DNA of 32,000 nt, from contig JACQJH010000002.1 of NCBI GenBank assembly GCA_016205145.1, positions 120,001 to 152,000 on the forward strand, in the 5' to 3' direction. Under the pieces are notes generated by a model. The model searched no databases. It was not told the origin of the DNA and was given only the letters and a program-made list of their open reading frames with translations. This document shows positions 7,213-16,388 of the stretch, piece after piece. The DNA comes from Candidatus Iainarchaeum sp. Its GTDB lineage: Archaea > Iainarchaeota > Iainarchaeia > Iainarchaeales > JACQJH01. A program made the position numbers and the translations under genes. Every line of letters begins with the position of its first letter. The first letter of the stretch is position 1.

Positions 7213-8611
7213 ATTTGCGCTTCCATTTCGTGCCATCAGGCGTGTCCGACAGCAGATAGCCCCTTTTTTCGGCTTCAAGCCTGAGCCTGTCGGATTCCTT
7301 CCAGTTTTTGTCCTTGCGCGCCTTTTCGCGTTCAGCAATGAGCTTTCCGATTTCTTCCGGCAGCTTTTCTCCGGCGCGCTGGAACGAAAACACTCCAAGC
7401 ACGGCATCGATTTCTTTCAGGAACGACAGGATTGCGTGTGCGCCATTTTTGCCCAGTTTTCCTTCAGCCAAAAGCCTGTTTGCATTGCCTTCCAGCTCGA
7501 AAATTTTTGCCCACGCGTTCGGCAGGTTGAAGTCGTCGTCCATTGCCTCGGCAAAGCCTTTCCTTGCCTCGGCAACAAGCTTTTCAGCGCCGGCGTCCGA
7601 TTCGCCTTTTTGCATTGAAACTTCCTGCAGGCGCGCTATGAAATCGTTCAATCTTTCAAGCGTTTTCTTTTCCTGTTCCATCTGCTTTTCGTTGAAATCG
7701 ATTGGCGAGCGGTAATGCAGGCGGGAAACGAAAAAGCGGAAAACCTTCGGGTCGAATTTCTCCAGCAGTTCAGGAATGATTATGAAATTGCCAAGCGACT
7801 TTGACATTTTCTGGCCGCGCACGTTGAGGAAACCGGAGTGCAGCCAGTATCTGACAAAAGGCTTTTTTCCGCTGAAGGCTTCGCTCTGGCAGATTTCATT
7901 CTCGTGGTGCGGGAAAACAAGGTCGACTGCGCCGGCATGGATGTCCAAATGCTCGCCCAAAAGCTTCATTGACATTGCACTGCATTCGATGTGCCAGCCG
8001 GGCCGGCCCTTGCCCCACGGCGAATCCCAGAATGGTTCGCCGGGCTTGGCCTTTTTCCACAACGCGAAATCGTGCACCGCCTCTTTCTCGTACTTGTCGG
8101 TTTCAACGCGCGTGCCGGTTTTCGCCTCGCTCGTGTCAATGCCGCTCAGCCTGCCGTAATCCTGGAATTTTTCGACTTTGAAGTAAACGCCGTCAGTGGT
8201 TTCATAGGCAAAGCCGTTTTCTTCGAGCGTTTTCACCATGGCAATTATTTCCGGAATGTGTTCAGTCACGCGGGGATAATGCGTGGAGCGCTTTATGCCC
8301 AGGGCATCCATGTCCTTGTAGAACAAGGCGATGTTTTCATCGGCCAACCTGAAAATCGTGGTGTGAAGCTCGTTGGCTTTTTTTATCATGTCGTCGTGGA
8401 TGTCCGTAAAGTTTGTTACAAAATCGACCTTGAAGCCGCTGAATTCCAGGTACTTGCGTATGATGTCAAAGGCGACGTACGTGCGCGCGTGGCCTATGTG
8501 GCCGGGCCCGTAAACCGTTGGGCCGCACAGGTACATGCGGATCCTGCCCTTTTCAATGGGCTTGAATTCCTCTTTCAGCCTTGTCAGGGAATTGAAAACC
8601 GCCAAAGGCAT
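7211..8611 (-). CDS. cysS: Cysteine--tRNA ligase
   Basis: ATG at 8611 gives MPLAVFNSLTRLKEEFKPIEKGRIRMYLCGPTVYGPGHIGHARTY (HIGH motif). KMSKSLGNF is also present. About 466 aa. The track ORF extends to 8788 through the divergent promoter region. Confidence 0.92.
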   Translation of the reverse strand: MPLAVFNSLTRLKEEFKPIEKGRIRMYLCGPTVYGPGHIGHARTYVAFDIIRKYLEFSGFKVDFVTNFTDIHDDMIKKANELHTTIFRLADENIALFYKDMDALGIKRSTHYPRVTEHIPEIIAMVKTLEENGFAYETTDGVYFKVEKFQDYGRLSGIDTSEAKTGTRVETDKYEKEAVHDFALWKKAKPGEPFWDSPWGKGRPGWHIECSAMSMKLLGEHLDIHAGAVDLVFPHHENEICQSEAFSGKKPFVRYWLHSGFLNVRGQKMSKSLGNFIIIPELLEKFDPKVFRFFVSRLHYRSPIDFNEKQMEQEKKTLERLNDFIARLQEVSMQKGESDAGAEKLVAEARKGFAEAMDDDFNLPNAWAKIFELEGNANRLLAEGKLGKNGAHAILSFLKEIDAVLGVFSFQRAGEKLPEEIGKLIAEREKARKDKNWKESDRLRLEAEKRGYLLSDTPDGTKWKRK

Positions 8612-8691
8612 TTTTTCACAACCAATTGTTCCGGCGAAAAGGCTAAAAAAAGCCTGCCCGGGCTTTCCGCAAAAAAAAGCCTGCAAAAAGC

Positions 8692-8700
8692 TTATTAAAA
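8692..8700 (+). promoter_or_regulatory. TATA box (TTATTAAAA)
   Basis: Centre at 8696, 27-28 nt upstream of the cysE ATG at 8724, giving leaderless geometry. Confidence 0.5.
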
Positions 8701-8723
8701 CAAAACAGGCAAATGTTGTTTCC

Positions 8724-9311
8724 ATGGCAATCATTTCCACGCTCAAAGCCGATGTGAGGGCGGTAAAGGCAAACGATCCCGCCGCCAAAAGCTATTTTGA
8801 CGTCCTGATAAACCACGCGCCATTGCATGCAATCATGGTGCACAGGTTCAACCACGCGCTTTACAGGGCCGGAGTGCCGATCCTGCCAAGGTTTTTCGCG
8901 AACATCATCCGCGTCTGGAGCGGCGTCGAAATCCATCCGGGCGCAAGGATCGGCAGGGGCTTTTTCATCGACCACGGCTGGGGCACGGTCATAGGCGAAA
9001 CAGCGGAAATAGGCGACAACTGCATTCTCTTCCAGAACGTTACCCTGGGGGGAACGGGCAAGCATTCCGGCAAAAGGCATCCCTCGCTGGGAAACAACGT
9101 TTACATCGGAACGCAGGCAATCCTGCTGGGGCCGATCACCGTGGGAAACAACGTGAAAATCGGCGCGAACACTTTCATTGTCATGCGCGACGTGCCCGAC
9201 AACTGCACGGTTGTGGGCAATCCCGGAAAAATCATAAAGCTGAACGGAAAAAAAGCGGACCGGGAACTGCCGAAGACGGATGCGCCGGCGGACGAGTTCA
9301 GGCAAATCTAG
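8724..9311 (+). CDS. cysE: Serine O-acetyltransferase
   Basis: ATG at 8724 gives MAIISTLKADVRAVKANDPAAKS... Hexapeptide-repeat core: GVEIHPGARIGRGFFIDHGWGTVIGETAEIGDNCILFQNVTLGG...RHPSLGNNVYIGTQAILLGPITVGNNVKIGANTFI. Confidence 0.88.
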   Translation: MAIISTLKADVRAVKANDPAAKSYFDVLINHAPLHAIMVHRFNHALYRAGVPILPRFFANIIRVWSGVEIHPGARIGRGFFIDHGWGTVIGETAEIGDNCILFQNVTLGGTGKHSGKRHPSLGNNVYIGTQAILLGPITVGNNVKIGANTFIVMRDVPDNCTVVGNPGKIIKLNGKKADRELPKTDAPADEFRQI

Positions 9312-9389
9312 TAAAACCGCCGATCCAAAAAAAAGCAAAACTGCAAAGGGAAAAAACTGAACGCTTATTTCCCGCTTTTATCGCTTCGC

Positions 9390-10097
9390 TTATTTTATCG
9401 CTTCCCAGAGCACTGTTTCCTTTGCCTTCACGCTGACTCCGCCCTCGCCGATTTCAAACGGGTGCGGGCTCTTGTCATGGTCGGTTCCGCGCATTTTGCG
9501 CACGAAAATGCTGCGGTGCGGCGGCGTGAAATAAAGCATTACGACTCCGTCGACGACGAACTCCTCGACTCCGAAGGCGCTGAAGGAATTCTTTTCGCCT
9601 CGGGTTTCGGCAATCAGCAATGTTGTGCAGTCCAGTTCCTTGAGCTTGTCAACAAAATGGTACAAGAGGTTGCGCAGCACATCCTGCTTGAACCACATGC
9701 CCAAAGGGGTCGTTGAATCCACGACAAGCCTTTTAGCGTCGATTTCCTTGACGAGCGACGAAATTATGTCCAGTTCCTCGTCGATTTTTTCCTCCATGGA
9801 ATCATTGTCCTTTGCGTCAAGCTTCAACCGATAAATGCTCATCAGCTTTTCTTCCTGCATTTTTCGTATGTTCCAGTCAAAAGCGACCATGTTCCAGGTG
9901 ATGTTTTTCAGGTTGCTTTCAACCGTGACGAAGACGCCGGGCTCATTGTAGGATTCAGCGCCCCTGTAAACGTACTGCATGCCAAGAATGGTTTTGCCCG
10001 TCCCCGGCCCTCCGGAAACGAGAACAGAACTGCCCTCTGGAATGCCGCCGAGCAGAAGCTCATCCAAACCTTCAATGCCAGTCTTCACCCGTTTCAT
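9390..10097 (-). CDS. Single-domain KaiC/RadA-like (RecA-superfamily) ATPase
   Basis: MKRVKTGIEGLDELLLGGIPEGSSVLVSGGPGTGKT (Walker A) and LVVDS (Walker B). An alternative ATG at 10115 would add 6 aa. The AT-rich boxes at 10117-10140 favour 10097. Confidence 0.8.
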   Translation of the reverse strand: MKRVKTGIEGLDELLLGGIPEGSSVLVSGGPGTGKTILGMQYVYRGAESYNEPGVFVTVESNLKNITWNMVAFDWNIRKMQEEKLMSIYRLKLDAKDNDSMEEKIDEELDIISSLVKEIDAKRLVVDSTTPLGMWFKQDVLRNLLYHFVDKLKELDCTTLLIAETRGEKNSFSAFGVEEFVVDGVVMLYFTPPHRSIFVRKMRGTDHDKSPHPFEIGEGGVSVKAKETVLWEAIK

Positions 10098-10271
10098 GCG
10101 CTCACCAAAAACCATTTTTCATTATTTTCATTATTAATAAGCCGCCGCCATTTTTATTCTTTTGGGCAGATGGTTGGCCGGAAGCCAAAACAAATGCTGC
10201 CGGCTGAAAGCGGCAAACCGGCGGATGCAAATCAATAAAAAGCTCAAACCGCATTTATATTCTGGTTTTGG

Positions 10272-12017
10272 ATGGTTGACATTTCCTTGTTTGCCAGCCT
10301 TGGCATAATCCTTCTTGCCGGAACTGTTGTCGCCGCGGCGGCGAAGTTCCTGAGACAGCCGACAATAATCGCATACCTTGTCGCCGGCCTGGTCATCGGC
10401 CCCATCGGCTTAAGGATCATAGGCAATTCCTCGGAAATCGCGGTATTTTCGGAACTTGGCATGGCATTCCTGCTTTTCGCGGTCGGCATCGAATCCGATT
10501 TTTCAAAGCTTTTCAAGCTTAAATCTGTCGTGGTGTTCGGCGCCGTCGGGCAGGTGCTTGCCACAAGCCTGTTCGTTTTCAGTTCCATGACATTCCTTGG
10601 CCTGCCGTTCACGGAAAGCCTCTACATTGCACTCATACTTTCATTCAGCTCAACGGTCATAGTAGTCAAAATCCTGTCGGAAAAAAACCAGATCGACTCG
10701 CTGCATGGAAGGCTCATAATCGGCTTCGCCGTCGTGCAGGACATCATTGCAGTGCTCATACTGCCGGTCCTCAAGAACGTGGCCAACCTCTTTGCCGTGC
10801 AGACGTTCATCTGGTTTTTCGGAAGCATTGCCGCGCTGGCAGTGCTCGCAATCATAATGAACAGGTTCGTGCTGCCGAAAGCATTGCACATTTTCTCGGA
10901 ATCCGGCGAAATATTCTATCTCATAGTCCTGTCAACCGCATTCGCATTCGTTTCACTGGCGCATTTCCTCGACTTTTCCATTGCCGCGGGCGCGTTCATT
11001 GGCGGGCTGAGCCTTTCAAGCCTGGCATACAACGTGGAGGCGCTGGGCAGGATTTCCGGCATACGCGACTTCTTTTCAACCATTTTTTTCGTTTCGCTTG
11101 GCATGCAGATAACTCTTTCATTTGCGGGCACCCCCCTGATTTTTGTCGCACTGTTCCTGTTCGTGGTCTATTTCTTCAACCCGTTCGTTTACTTTGCCAT
11201 CGGAATGCTGTCCGGCTACGGTTCAAGGATAGCTTTCCTGATAGGCGCGTCTCTGGGGCAGGCGAGCGAATTCTCGTTCATAATCGCAAGCCAGGGCTTC
11301 AGTTTGGGACAGCTTTCTCCGGAGCTCTATTCCGTTTCCCTGCTTGCGATAACGCTTTCAATGGCTACAACGCCGTTCATCGTGGGCAGGACGCCGGCAA
11401 TCTATGACTTTGCAAAAAAGGCGTTTTCCACGCTGTTCCCACAGCTCTCGAAAATCAGGTTTGACGGGAAGCTGAAGGAACTTGAAAAGCTGCCGAAAGA
11501 AGAGGAATTCAGCGGCCACATCGTCATTTTCGGTTCCGGCACGTTCGGCTCGGAAATAGCCCCGGAGCTCAGCAAACATTACCGGACAATAATAATAGAC
11601 CACAACCCGAATGTTGTCGCGGAATCCATCCGCGCGGGAATGAATGCGATGTACGGCGACATAAACAACCGCGAAATCTGGAGAAAGGTCAAACTGAACA
11701 AGGCAAAAATCCTTGTGCTGGCGCTTCCGTTCAGCAGGGAATCCACTATACTGCTCAAAAGGGCAAAGCGCGAAAACCCGGAAATAAAGGTGTTCGCGCG
11801 CGCCCACTATTATGCGGATGCGCTCAGGCTGTACGAGGCCGGCGCGGACTTCGTGGTTCTGACGCCGATTGTCAGCGCAAACCAGATGCTCAAAAGCATT
11901 GCAAAATACCTTGACCCGGCCGAGGACAACCGCATAACCATGCTGGAAGACGAATTCGTCGACTACCTGAAGGAAAAGGTTGCTGCGGAAGACAAGGAAC
12001 GCGGGCTGATAAAATAA
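10272..12017 (+). CDS. Cation:proton antiporter (CPA2/Kef-type) with C-terminal RCK/TrkA-N domain
   Basis: 581 aa and polytopic. N-terminal AYLVAGLVIGPIGL. C-terminal Rossmann motif HIVIFGSGTFGSEIAPEL...IIIDHN. Confidence 0.85.
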   Translation: MVDISLFASLGIILLAGTVVAAAAKFLRQPTIIAYLVAGLVIGPIGLRIIGNSSEIAVFSELGMAFLLFAVGIESDFSKLFKLKSVVVFGAVGQVLATSLFVFSSMTFLGLPFTESLYIALILSFSSTVIVVKILSEKNQIDSLHGRLIIGFAVVQDIIAVLILPVLKNVANLFAVQTFIWFFGSIAALAVLAIIMNRFVLPKALHIFSESGEIFYLIVLSTAFAFVSLAHFLDFSIAAGAFIGGLSLSSLAYNVEALGRISGIRDFFSTIFFVSLGMQITLSFAGTPLIFVALFLFVVYFFNPFVYFAIGMLSGYGSRIAFLIGASLGQASEFSFIIASQGFSLGQLSPELYSVSLLAITLSMATTPFIVGRTPAIYDFAKKAFSTLFPQLSKIRFDGKLKELEKLPKEEEFSGHIVIFGSGTFGSEIAPELSKHYRTIIIDHNPNVVAESIRAGMNAMYGDINNREIWRKVKLNKAKILVLALPFSRESTILLKRAKRENPEIKVFARAHYYADALRLYEAGADFVVLTPIVSANQMLKSIAKYLDPAEDNRITMLEDEFVDYLKEKVAAEDKERGLIK

Positions 12018-12023
12018 AGCCGC

Positions 12024-12170
12024 CTATGCAGGGTGGGCGCGCACCCTTGCACGGAAAAAGGCAAAAAAGGCGATTATTGCCAGTGCCAGTATGCCGAAGG
12101 CAATGACGTTGGCGTTGGCTGCGCCGAAAAAGTTTACCGCCATTGACGACATTGAAGTCATTGAAACCAT
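12024..12170 (-). CDS. Small membrane protein, 48 aa (below the ORF-track length cutoff)
   Basis: ATG at 12170 is preceded by GGGGTGAT, an SD-like match to the 16S 3' end, 7 nt upstream. Product: MVSMTSMSSMAVNFFGAANANVIAFGILALAIIAFFAFFRARVRAHPA*, with one clear TM helix. Stop at 12024-12026. Confidence 0.4.
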   Translation of the reverse strand: MVSMTSMSSMAVNFFGAANANVIAFGILALAIIAFFAFFRARVRAHPA

Positions 12171-12501
12171 TTGAAATCACCCCGAAAATGCGGCCAAAAA
12201 AACAAGGCCGCCGCAAGGAAAATCCGTTTGAAGCAAACTAACAGCGCTTAAAAACTTAAAAAGGTATTGCCAGGCGACATAAAACTTTTTTGAAAAAAAC
12301 AGCCAGCCCGGCCAAAAATCGCTTAAACAAATGTTTAAAAAGCCTTGAGCGGTTTAGGTATTTCATGGCTGAAAGAAGGGATGGACAAATCCTGCCCCAA
12401 CGCGGGTTCTGAGAGCTTTTTCTTTCATTTAAACAGCCGTCAGCCAGCAGGTTTTTTATTTTCAGCCTCCGCAAAGGCCGTGCAATTGGAAGTGGTGAAA
12501 A

Positions 12502-14034
12502 TTGCCTGAAAGGATTGAAATTCTGGACACTACGCTCAGGGACGGCGAGCAGACAAGCGATGTTTCGTTTTCCGGCCAGGAAAAGCTTAGCATTGCCAAG
12601 ACGCTTTTGCTTGACGTGAAGGCCGACAGGATAGAGGTTGCAAGCGTCATTCTCTCGAAAGAGGAAAAGGAAAGCGTGAAGCGCATAGGCGACTGGGCCA
12701 TGAAAAACGGCTTGCAGGCAAGGGTCGAGGTTCTGGGTTTCGTGGATTTCGGCAAGACCGTGCAATGGCTTTCCGACTGCAACATCAAAGTGCTTAATCT
12801 GCTGGCGAAAGGCTCGAGAAGGCACTGTGAAACCCAGCTTGGGAAAACGCTTGAACAGCACGCGGAAGACGTCAGGCAGAACATCGCATTGGCAAAGGCG
12901 AAAGGCCTTACAGTGAACCTTTTTCTCGAAGACTGGAGCAATGGAATGCGCCATTCAAAGGACTTTGTCTTCGGCATGGTTGAAAGGCTGAAAGGCGCGG
13001 GAGTGAAAAGGTTTTTCCTGCCGGACACTTTGGGCAACCTTTCGCCGCCGGAAACAGCTGCTTTCGTGAAGGAAATGGTTGAAAGGTTTCCGTGGGCGGA
13101 ATTCGAATTCCATGCGCACAACGATTACGGCCTTGCGACCGCAAACTCTTTGGCTGCGTGCCAGGCGGGGGCCAAGGCAGTGCACGTTACAGTGAATGGC
13201 CTCGGCGAGAGGGCGGGAAACGCGCCGCTTGACGAGGTTGTCGTTGCATTGAAGGACAAAGGCGGTTTCTCCGTCGGCGTAGACGAAACCCAGATGTTCA
13301 ATGCAAGCAAGATAATCGAGGCGTTTTCCGGAAAGAGGGTTTCGCAGAACAAGCCCATAAGCGGGGACAATGTTTTCACGCAGACAGCCGGCATACACGC
13401 GGACGGCGACAAGAAGGGAAAGCTCTACGAAAACGAGCTGATGCCGCAGAGGTTCGGCAGGCAGCGCGAATATGCATTGGGAAAGCTTACAGGCAAAGCG
13501 AGCATTGAAATGAATCTCAGGCGGCTTGGCATGGAACTCAGCGAGGAGCAGGTCAAGGCAGTGAGGAACAAGGTTGTCGAGCTGGGCGAAAAAAAAGAAA
13601 AGGTAACGACAGCTGATTTGCCGTTCATTGTTTCCGACGCCATAGCCAACGGCTCGAACGCGAAAGCCGTGAGCATAGAAAAATGCGTTTCAAAATCCGG
13701 CCTTGGCGTCAGGCCGTCAGCGGAAGTCAGGCTCAAGGTTTTCGGCAGGAAGTTTGAGGAAAAAGGCGAAGGCAACGGCGGTTATGATGCGTTCATGAAC
13801 GCGCTGAAAAAGATTTCCAAAAAAGCCGGCTTCAGGCTGCCCGAACTGCTGGACTACGAAGTCAGGATTCCGCCGGGCGGAAAGACGGATGCAATCGTGG
13901 AAGCCACCATAACCTGGAAGTCGGGCAAGAGCAATGTTTTCAAGACAATCGGCGTCGATTCCGACCAGCTCATGGCGGCAGTGAAGGCGACGGAAAAAAT
14001 GCTTAACATGGCGGCCAAACGCCCAAAAAAATAG
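12502..14034 (+). CDS. 2-isopropylmalate synthase / (R)-citramalate synthase family
   Basis: TTG start at 12502 has GGTGA 5 nt upstream. Motifs: RIEILDTTLRDGEQ and HAHNDYGLATANSLAA...VHVTVNGLGERAGNAPLDEV. A C-terminal LeuA-dimer regulatory domain is present. The 510-aa length fits CimA-like enzymes. Confidence 0.88.
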   Translation: MPERIEILDTTLRDGEQTSDVSFSGQEKLSIAKTLLLDVKADRIEVASVILSKEEKESVKRIGDWAMKNGLQARVEVLGFVDFGKTVQWLSDCNIKVLNLLAKGSRRHCETQLGKTLEQHAEDVRQNIALAKAKGLTVNLFLEDWSNGMRHSKDFVFGMVERLKGAGVKRFFLPDTLGNLSPPETAAFVKEMVERFPWAEFEFHAHNDYGLATANSLAACQAGAKAVHVTVNGLGERAGNAPLDEVVVALKDKGGFSVGVDETQMFNASKIIEAFSGKRVSQNKPISGDNVFTQTAGIHADGDKKGKLYENELMPQRFGRQREYALGKLTGKASIEMNLRRLGMELSEEQVKAVRNKVVELGEKKEKVTTADLPFIVSDAIANGSNAKAVSIEKCVSKSGLGVRPSAEVRLKVFGRKFEEKGEGNGGYDAFMNALKKISKKAGFRLPELLDYEVRIPPGGKTDAIVEATITWKSGKSNVFKTIGVDSDQLMAAVKATEKMLNMAAKRPKK

Positions 14035-14053
14035 CCGCCGGAAGCGGAAAGGT

Positions 14054-15304
14054 TCAAAACTTCCGCATGACAAGCCCGCTCAAAGGCTTGGGCCAGAAAT
14101 AAGTGCTTTTGTGCGGCATCACTTCCCCGTTCAAAGCAATCATTTTCACGGATCCGACCCTGCCGAAGTTCATCAGGAACGCGAGCTGGAAATCACCGGA
14201 GTCCACCAAGGAAAGCGTTTCCTTCAAATCGCGCGAATACGATATTTTTCCATCAGGCCCGAAGTCGGCGCCGTCGATGCCGAGCAGCGGCTTTATGATG
14301 AGCGAATGCAGCACTGTAACGTCGAGGTTTTTCCAATCCGAAGAATGGCTTGCGTCCTCGCCGGAAAGCGATTCAAGCGCAAAAGGGTTTTTGAGGGAAA
14401 CCAGGAAAAAAGAGCCTTTTATGTATAAGACGAAGGCCTGGTTTTTGCCCTCCATTGCAGCGGAAGGATTTTTGCCGGAAATTTTTTCAACCGAAAAATT
14501 TTCCGACAGCTTTTCCACGAAACCCTCAAGCGCTTCCTCCGGTATTTTCCTGCACAGCCTGTGCGTCGAGAAAATCATAAGGCCCGGGTCGGACATTTCG
14601 GATAACAGCATCGGAAAATAGTCCTGCGGCAGAACCCCGCCATCCGCACGCGGCAAGGATTTGGCATAATTCAGCGCGGCAGTGTAACGGTGGTGGCCGT
14701 CGGCTATGAAAATCCGCCTGCCTTTGAACAATGTTTCAAGCGCTTCAATTGCGCCCAAGTCGGAAATTTTCCACAAAACGTTTTTCACGCCGTTCCGGTC
14801 GGTTGCTTCCGCCAGAGGAATTCCGTGCATGGATTTTTCGAGAATTGCCTTGAATTTGCCGCTTTCATCCTCGAACATCGACCAGATGAATTCCGTGTTG
14901 GCGTGGCAGGCATCCATGAGCCTTGTCCTGTCTTCCTTCGGGCCGGATGAGGTTTTCTCGTGCGCAAGGACGATTTTTTTTTCGAACGGCTCAAGTTTCA
15001 CAATGCCGATCAGACCGGGCCTTGAAAACTGTTTGCCGCCGAACTCAAAATCCTGGCGTAAAACGAAAAACGCGGATTTGTCATCCTCAACCAGAATGCC
15101 TTTTGCGATCCATTCGCCCAAAAGCTCCGCCGCTTCGCCATAGCTTTCCGGAAGCAGAATGCGCACGAAATTGTGCGGGCTTTTCGCAAGCAATGCCTTC
15201 TTTTCGGATTCGGAAATTATGTCATAAGGCGGGCATGCCACGGCCTGCGCGCTTTCCCTTGCAAAATCGTAATGCAGTGCCCTGAAAGGCAGTACTTCAG
15301 CCAA
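14054..15304 (-). CDS. DUF1015 family protein
   Basis: Motifs LPFRALHYD, CPPYDIIS and FIADGHHRYTAALNY. The track start at 15343 is GTG. TTG at 15304 gives (M)AEVLPFRALHY, typical of the family. GTG 15316/15313 are also possible. Confidence 0.8.
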   Translation of the reverse strand: MAEVLPFRALHYDFARESAQAVACPPYDIISESEKKALLAKSPHNFVRILLPESYGEAAELLGEWIAKGILVEDDKSAFFVLRQDFEFGGKQFSRPGLIGIVKLEPFEKKIVLAHEKTSSGPKEDRTRLMDACHANTEFIWSMFEDESGKFKAILEKSMHGIPLAEATDRNGVKNVLWKISDLGAIEALETLFKGRRIFIADGHHRYTAALNYAKSLPRADGGVLPQDYFPMLLSEMSDPGLMIFSTHRLCRKIPEEALEGFVEKLSENFSVEKISGKNPSAAMEGKNQAFVLYIKGSFFLVSLKNPFALESLSGEDASHSSDWKNLDVTVLHSLIIKPLLGIDGADFGPDGKISYSRDLKETLSLVDSGDFQLAFLMNFGRVGSVKMIALNGEVMPHKSTYFWPKPLSGLVMRKF

Positions 15305-15428
15305 AAAAAACACCACGAATTTTTCAGAACAGTAATTGGGCACGAAAACGGATTTAATACTAATCCCGGAACAGCCGATCGCCGCCCAGCCGGATTTATA
15401 AGGCCGCCTTGAAGCGCAAGCGTCACGC

Positions 15429-15436
15429 TTAAATAA
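15429..15436 (+). promoter_or_regulatory. TATA box (TTAAATAA)
   Basis: Centre at 15432.5, 27.5 nt upstream of the ATG at 15460, giving leaderless geometry. Confidence 0.55.
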
Positions 15437-15459
15437 AAAAACGGCGTTTATTCTGCCTG

Positions 15460-16323
15460 ATGACCGGCAAATCCATTGCAGAGGAATTGCTTGCCCTGCA
15501 GCAAAACGAGATTACCGAGAATTTAGTTTACCTCCGGCTTGCGGGCCGTGAAAAGAACGCTAAAAACAGGCGCATCCTGACGCAGATTGCCGCAGACGAG
15601 CTGAGGCACTACAATTTCTGGAAAAAGCACACGGGAAAGGAACTCAAGCCGAACATGTTTTTGGCGCGCGCTTACTCTCTTGTTTCCGGGGTTTTCGGCC
15701 TGACTTTCGGCCTCAAGCTAATGGAAAAAGGCGAGGAGCTTGCGCAAATCAATTATGCGAAAATCGCGAAAAGCATTCCGGAAGCGAAACGCATACTTGA
15801 AGACGAGGACAGGCATGAAATGGAACTGCTCGGCATGCTTGACGAGGAAAAGCTGGAATATGCGGGTTCAATGGTTCTGGGCCTGAACGATGCGCTGGTC
15901 GAACTGACCGGAGCGCTTGCAGGCCTGACGCTCGCATTGCAGAATTCAAAGCTGATTGCACTGGTGGGCCTTGTCACCGGAATCGCTGCAACGCTTTCAA
16001 TGGCGGCTTCGGAATACCTTTCCACGAAATCCGAGGAAACCCGCAGGAACCCGTTCAAGGCCGCGGTCTACACGGGCATTGCCTACATTTTCGCGGTGTT
16101 TTTCCTCATACTGCCGTACTTTGTTTTTTCGAACCCGCTTTTGTCGCTTGCGTGCACTCTTGCAGTGGCAATCGCAATCATTTTCATTTTCACGTTCTAC
16201 ATTTCAGTGGCAAAAGATTATTCGTTCAAAAAAAGGTTCATTGAAATGGCCGCAATAAGCCTCGGCGTTGCACTGGTGTCGTTTGCAATCGGGTTTGCAC
16301 TGAAATTGTTCCTCGGAATATAG
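15460..16323 (+). CDS. Ferritin-like (erythrin) domain fused to a VIT1/CCC1 iron/manganese transporter (MbfA-like)
   Basis: N-terminal ITENLVYLRLA...IAADELRHYNFW...EDEDRHEMELL carries di-iron ExxH motifs. C-terminal GSMVLGLNDALVELTGALAG is followed by several TM helices. Confidence 0.8.
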   Translation: MTGKSIAEELLALQQNEITENLVYLRLAGREKNAKNRRILTQIAADELRHYNFWKKHTGKELKPNMFLARAYSLVSGVFGLTFGLKLMEKGEELAQINYAKIAKSIPEAKRILEDEDRHEMELLGMLDEEKLEYAGSMVLGLNDALVELTGALAGLTLALQNSKLIALVGLVTGIAATLSMAASEYLSTKSEETRRNPFKAAVYTGIAYIFAVFFLILPYFVFSNPLLSLACTLAVAIAIIFIFTFYISVAKDYSFKKRFIEMAAISLGVALVSFAIGFALKLFLGI

Positions 16324-16376
16324 CTGCATAAAGACGATGAACCCATTCCGGCATCCGGGCAAAAAACCCCATTAGG

Positions 16377-16384
16377 TTTAAATA
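16377..16384 (+). promoter_or_regulatory. TATA box (TTTAAATA)
   Basis: The predicted TSS is about 16407. In-frame TTG codons sit at 16389, 16404 and 16416, so the carA start is ambiguous. Confidence 0.5.
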
Positions 16385-16388
16385 GTAT

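Noticed and set aside
7150-7213. Possible tRNA or tRNA fragment (the - strand reads ...CCGGCTGGTTCGGGGCGC..., vaguely T-arm-like).
   Set aside because: No GTTCRANYC T-loop, no acceptor/anticodon cloverleaf could be drawn, and no CCA-compatible end. I found no canonical GGTTCGAATCC-type T-arm outside coding regions anywhere in the window.
10116-10133. Tandem 9-mer TTTTCATTA x2 upstream of the KaiC-like gene, and the CGCTT-rich quasi-repeats at 9361-9400.
   Set aside because: These are short, AT-rich or low-complexity. The first is most simply the TATA region of the divergent promoter. The second spans the gene's 3' end. There is not enough to call functional repeats.
11890-12216. 108-aa ORF on the - strand spanning the kef 3' end.
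   Set aside because: It overlaps the kef C-terminus in antisense. Only its last part coincides, in a different frame, with the better-supported 48-aa SD-preceded ORF.
12256-12366. 36-aa basic ORF (MKYLNRSRLFKHLFKRFLAGLAVFFKKVLCRLAIPF) on the - strand in the cimA upstream region.
   Set aside because: No TATA box or SD at a suitable distance, and the region is better explained as the cimA promoter/leader.
14293-14299. C-box-like AUGAUGA motifs (14293-99, 22197-203, and 15456-62 TGATGA) as possible C/D box sRNAs.
   Set aside because: All lie inside or antisense to CDSs. No D box (CUGA) at the right distance and no terminal stem.
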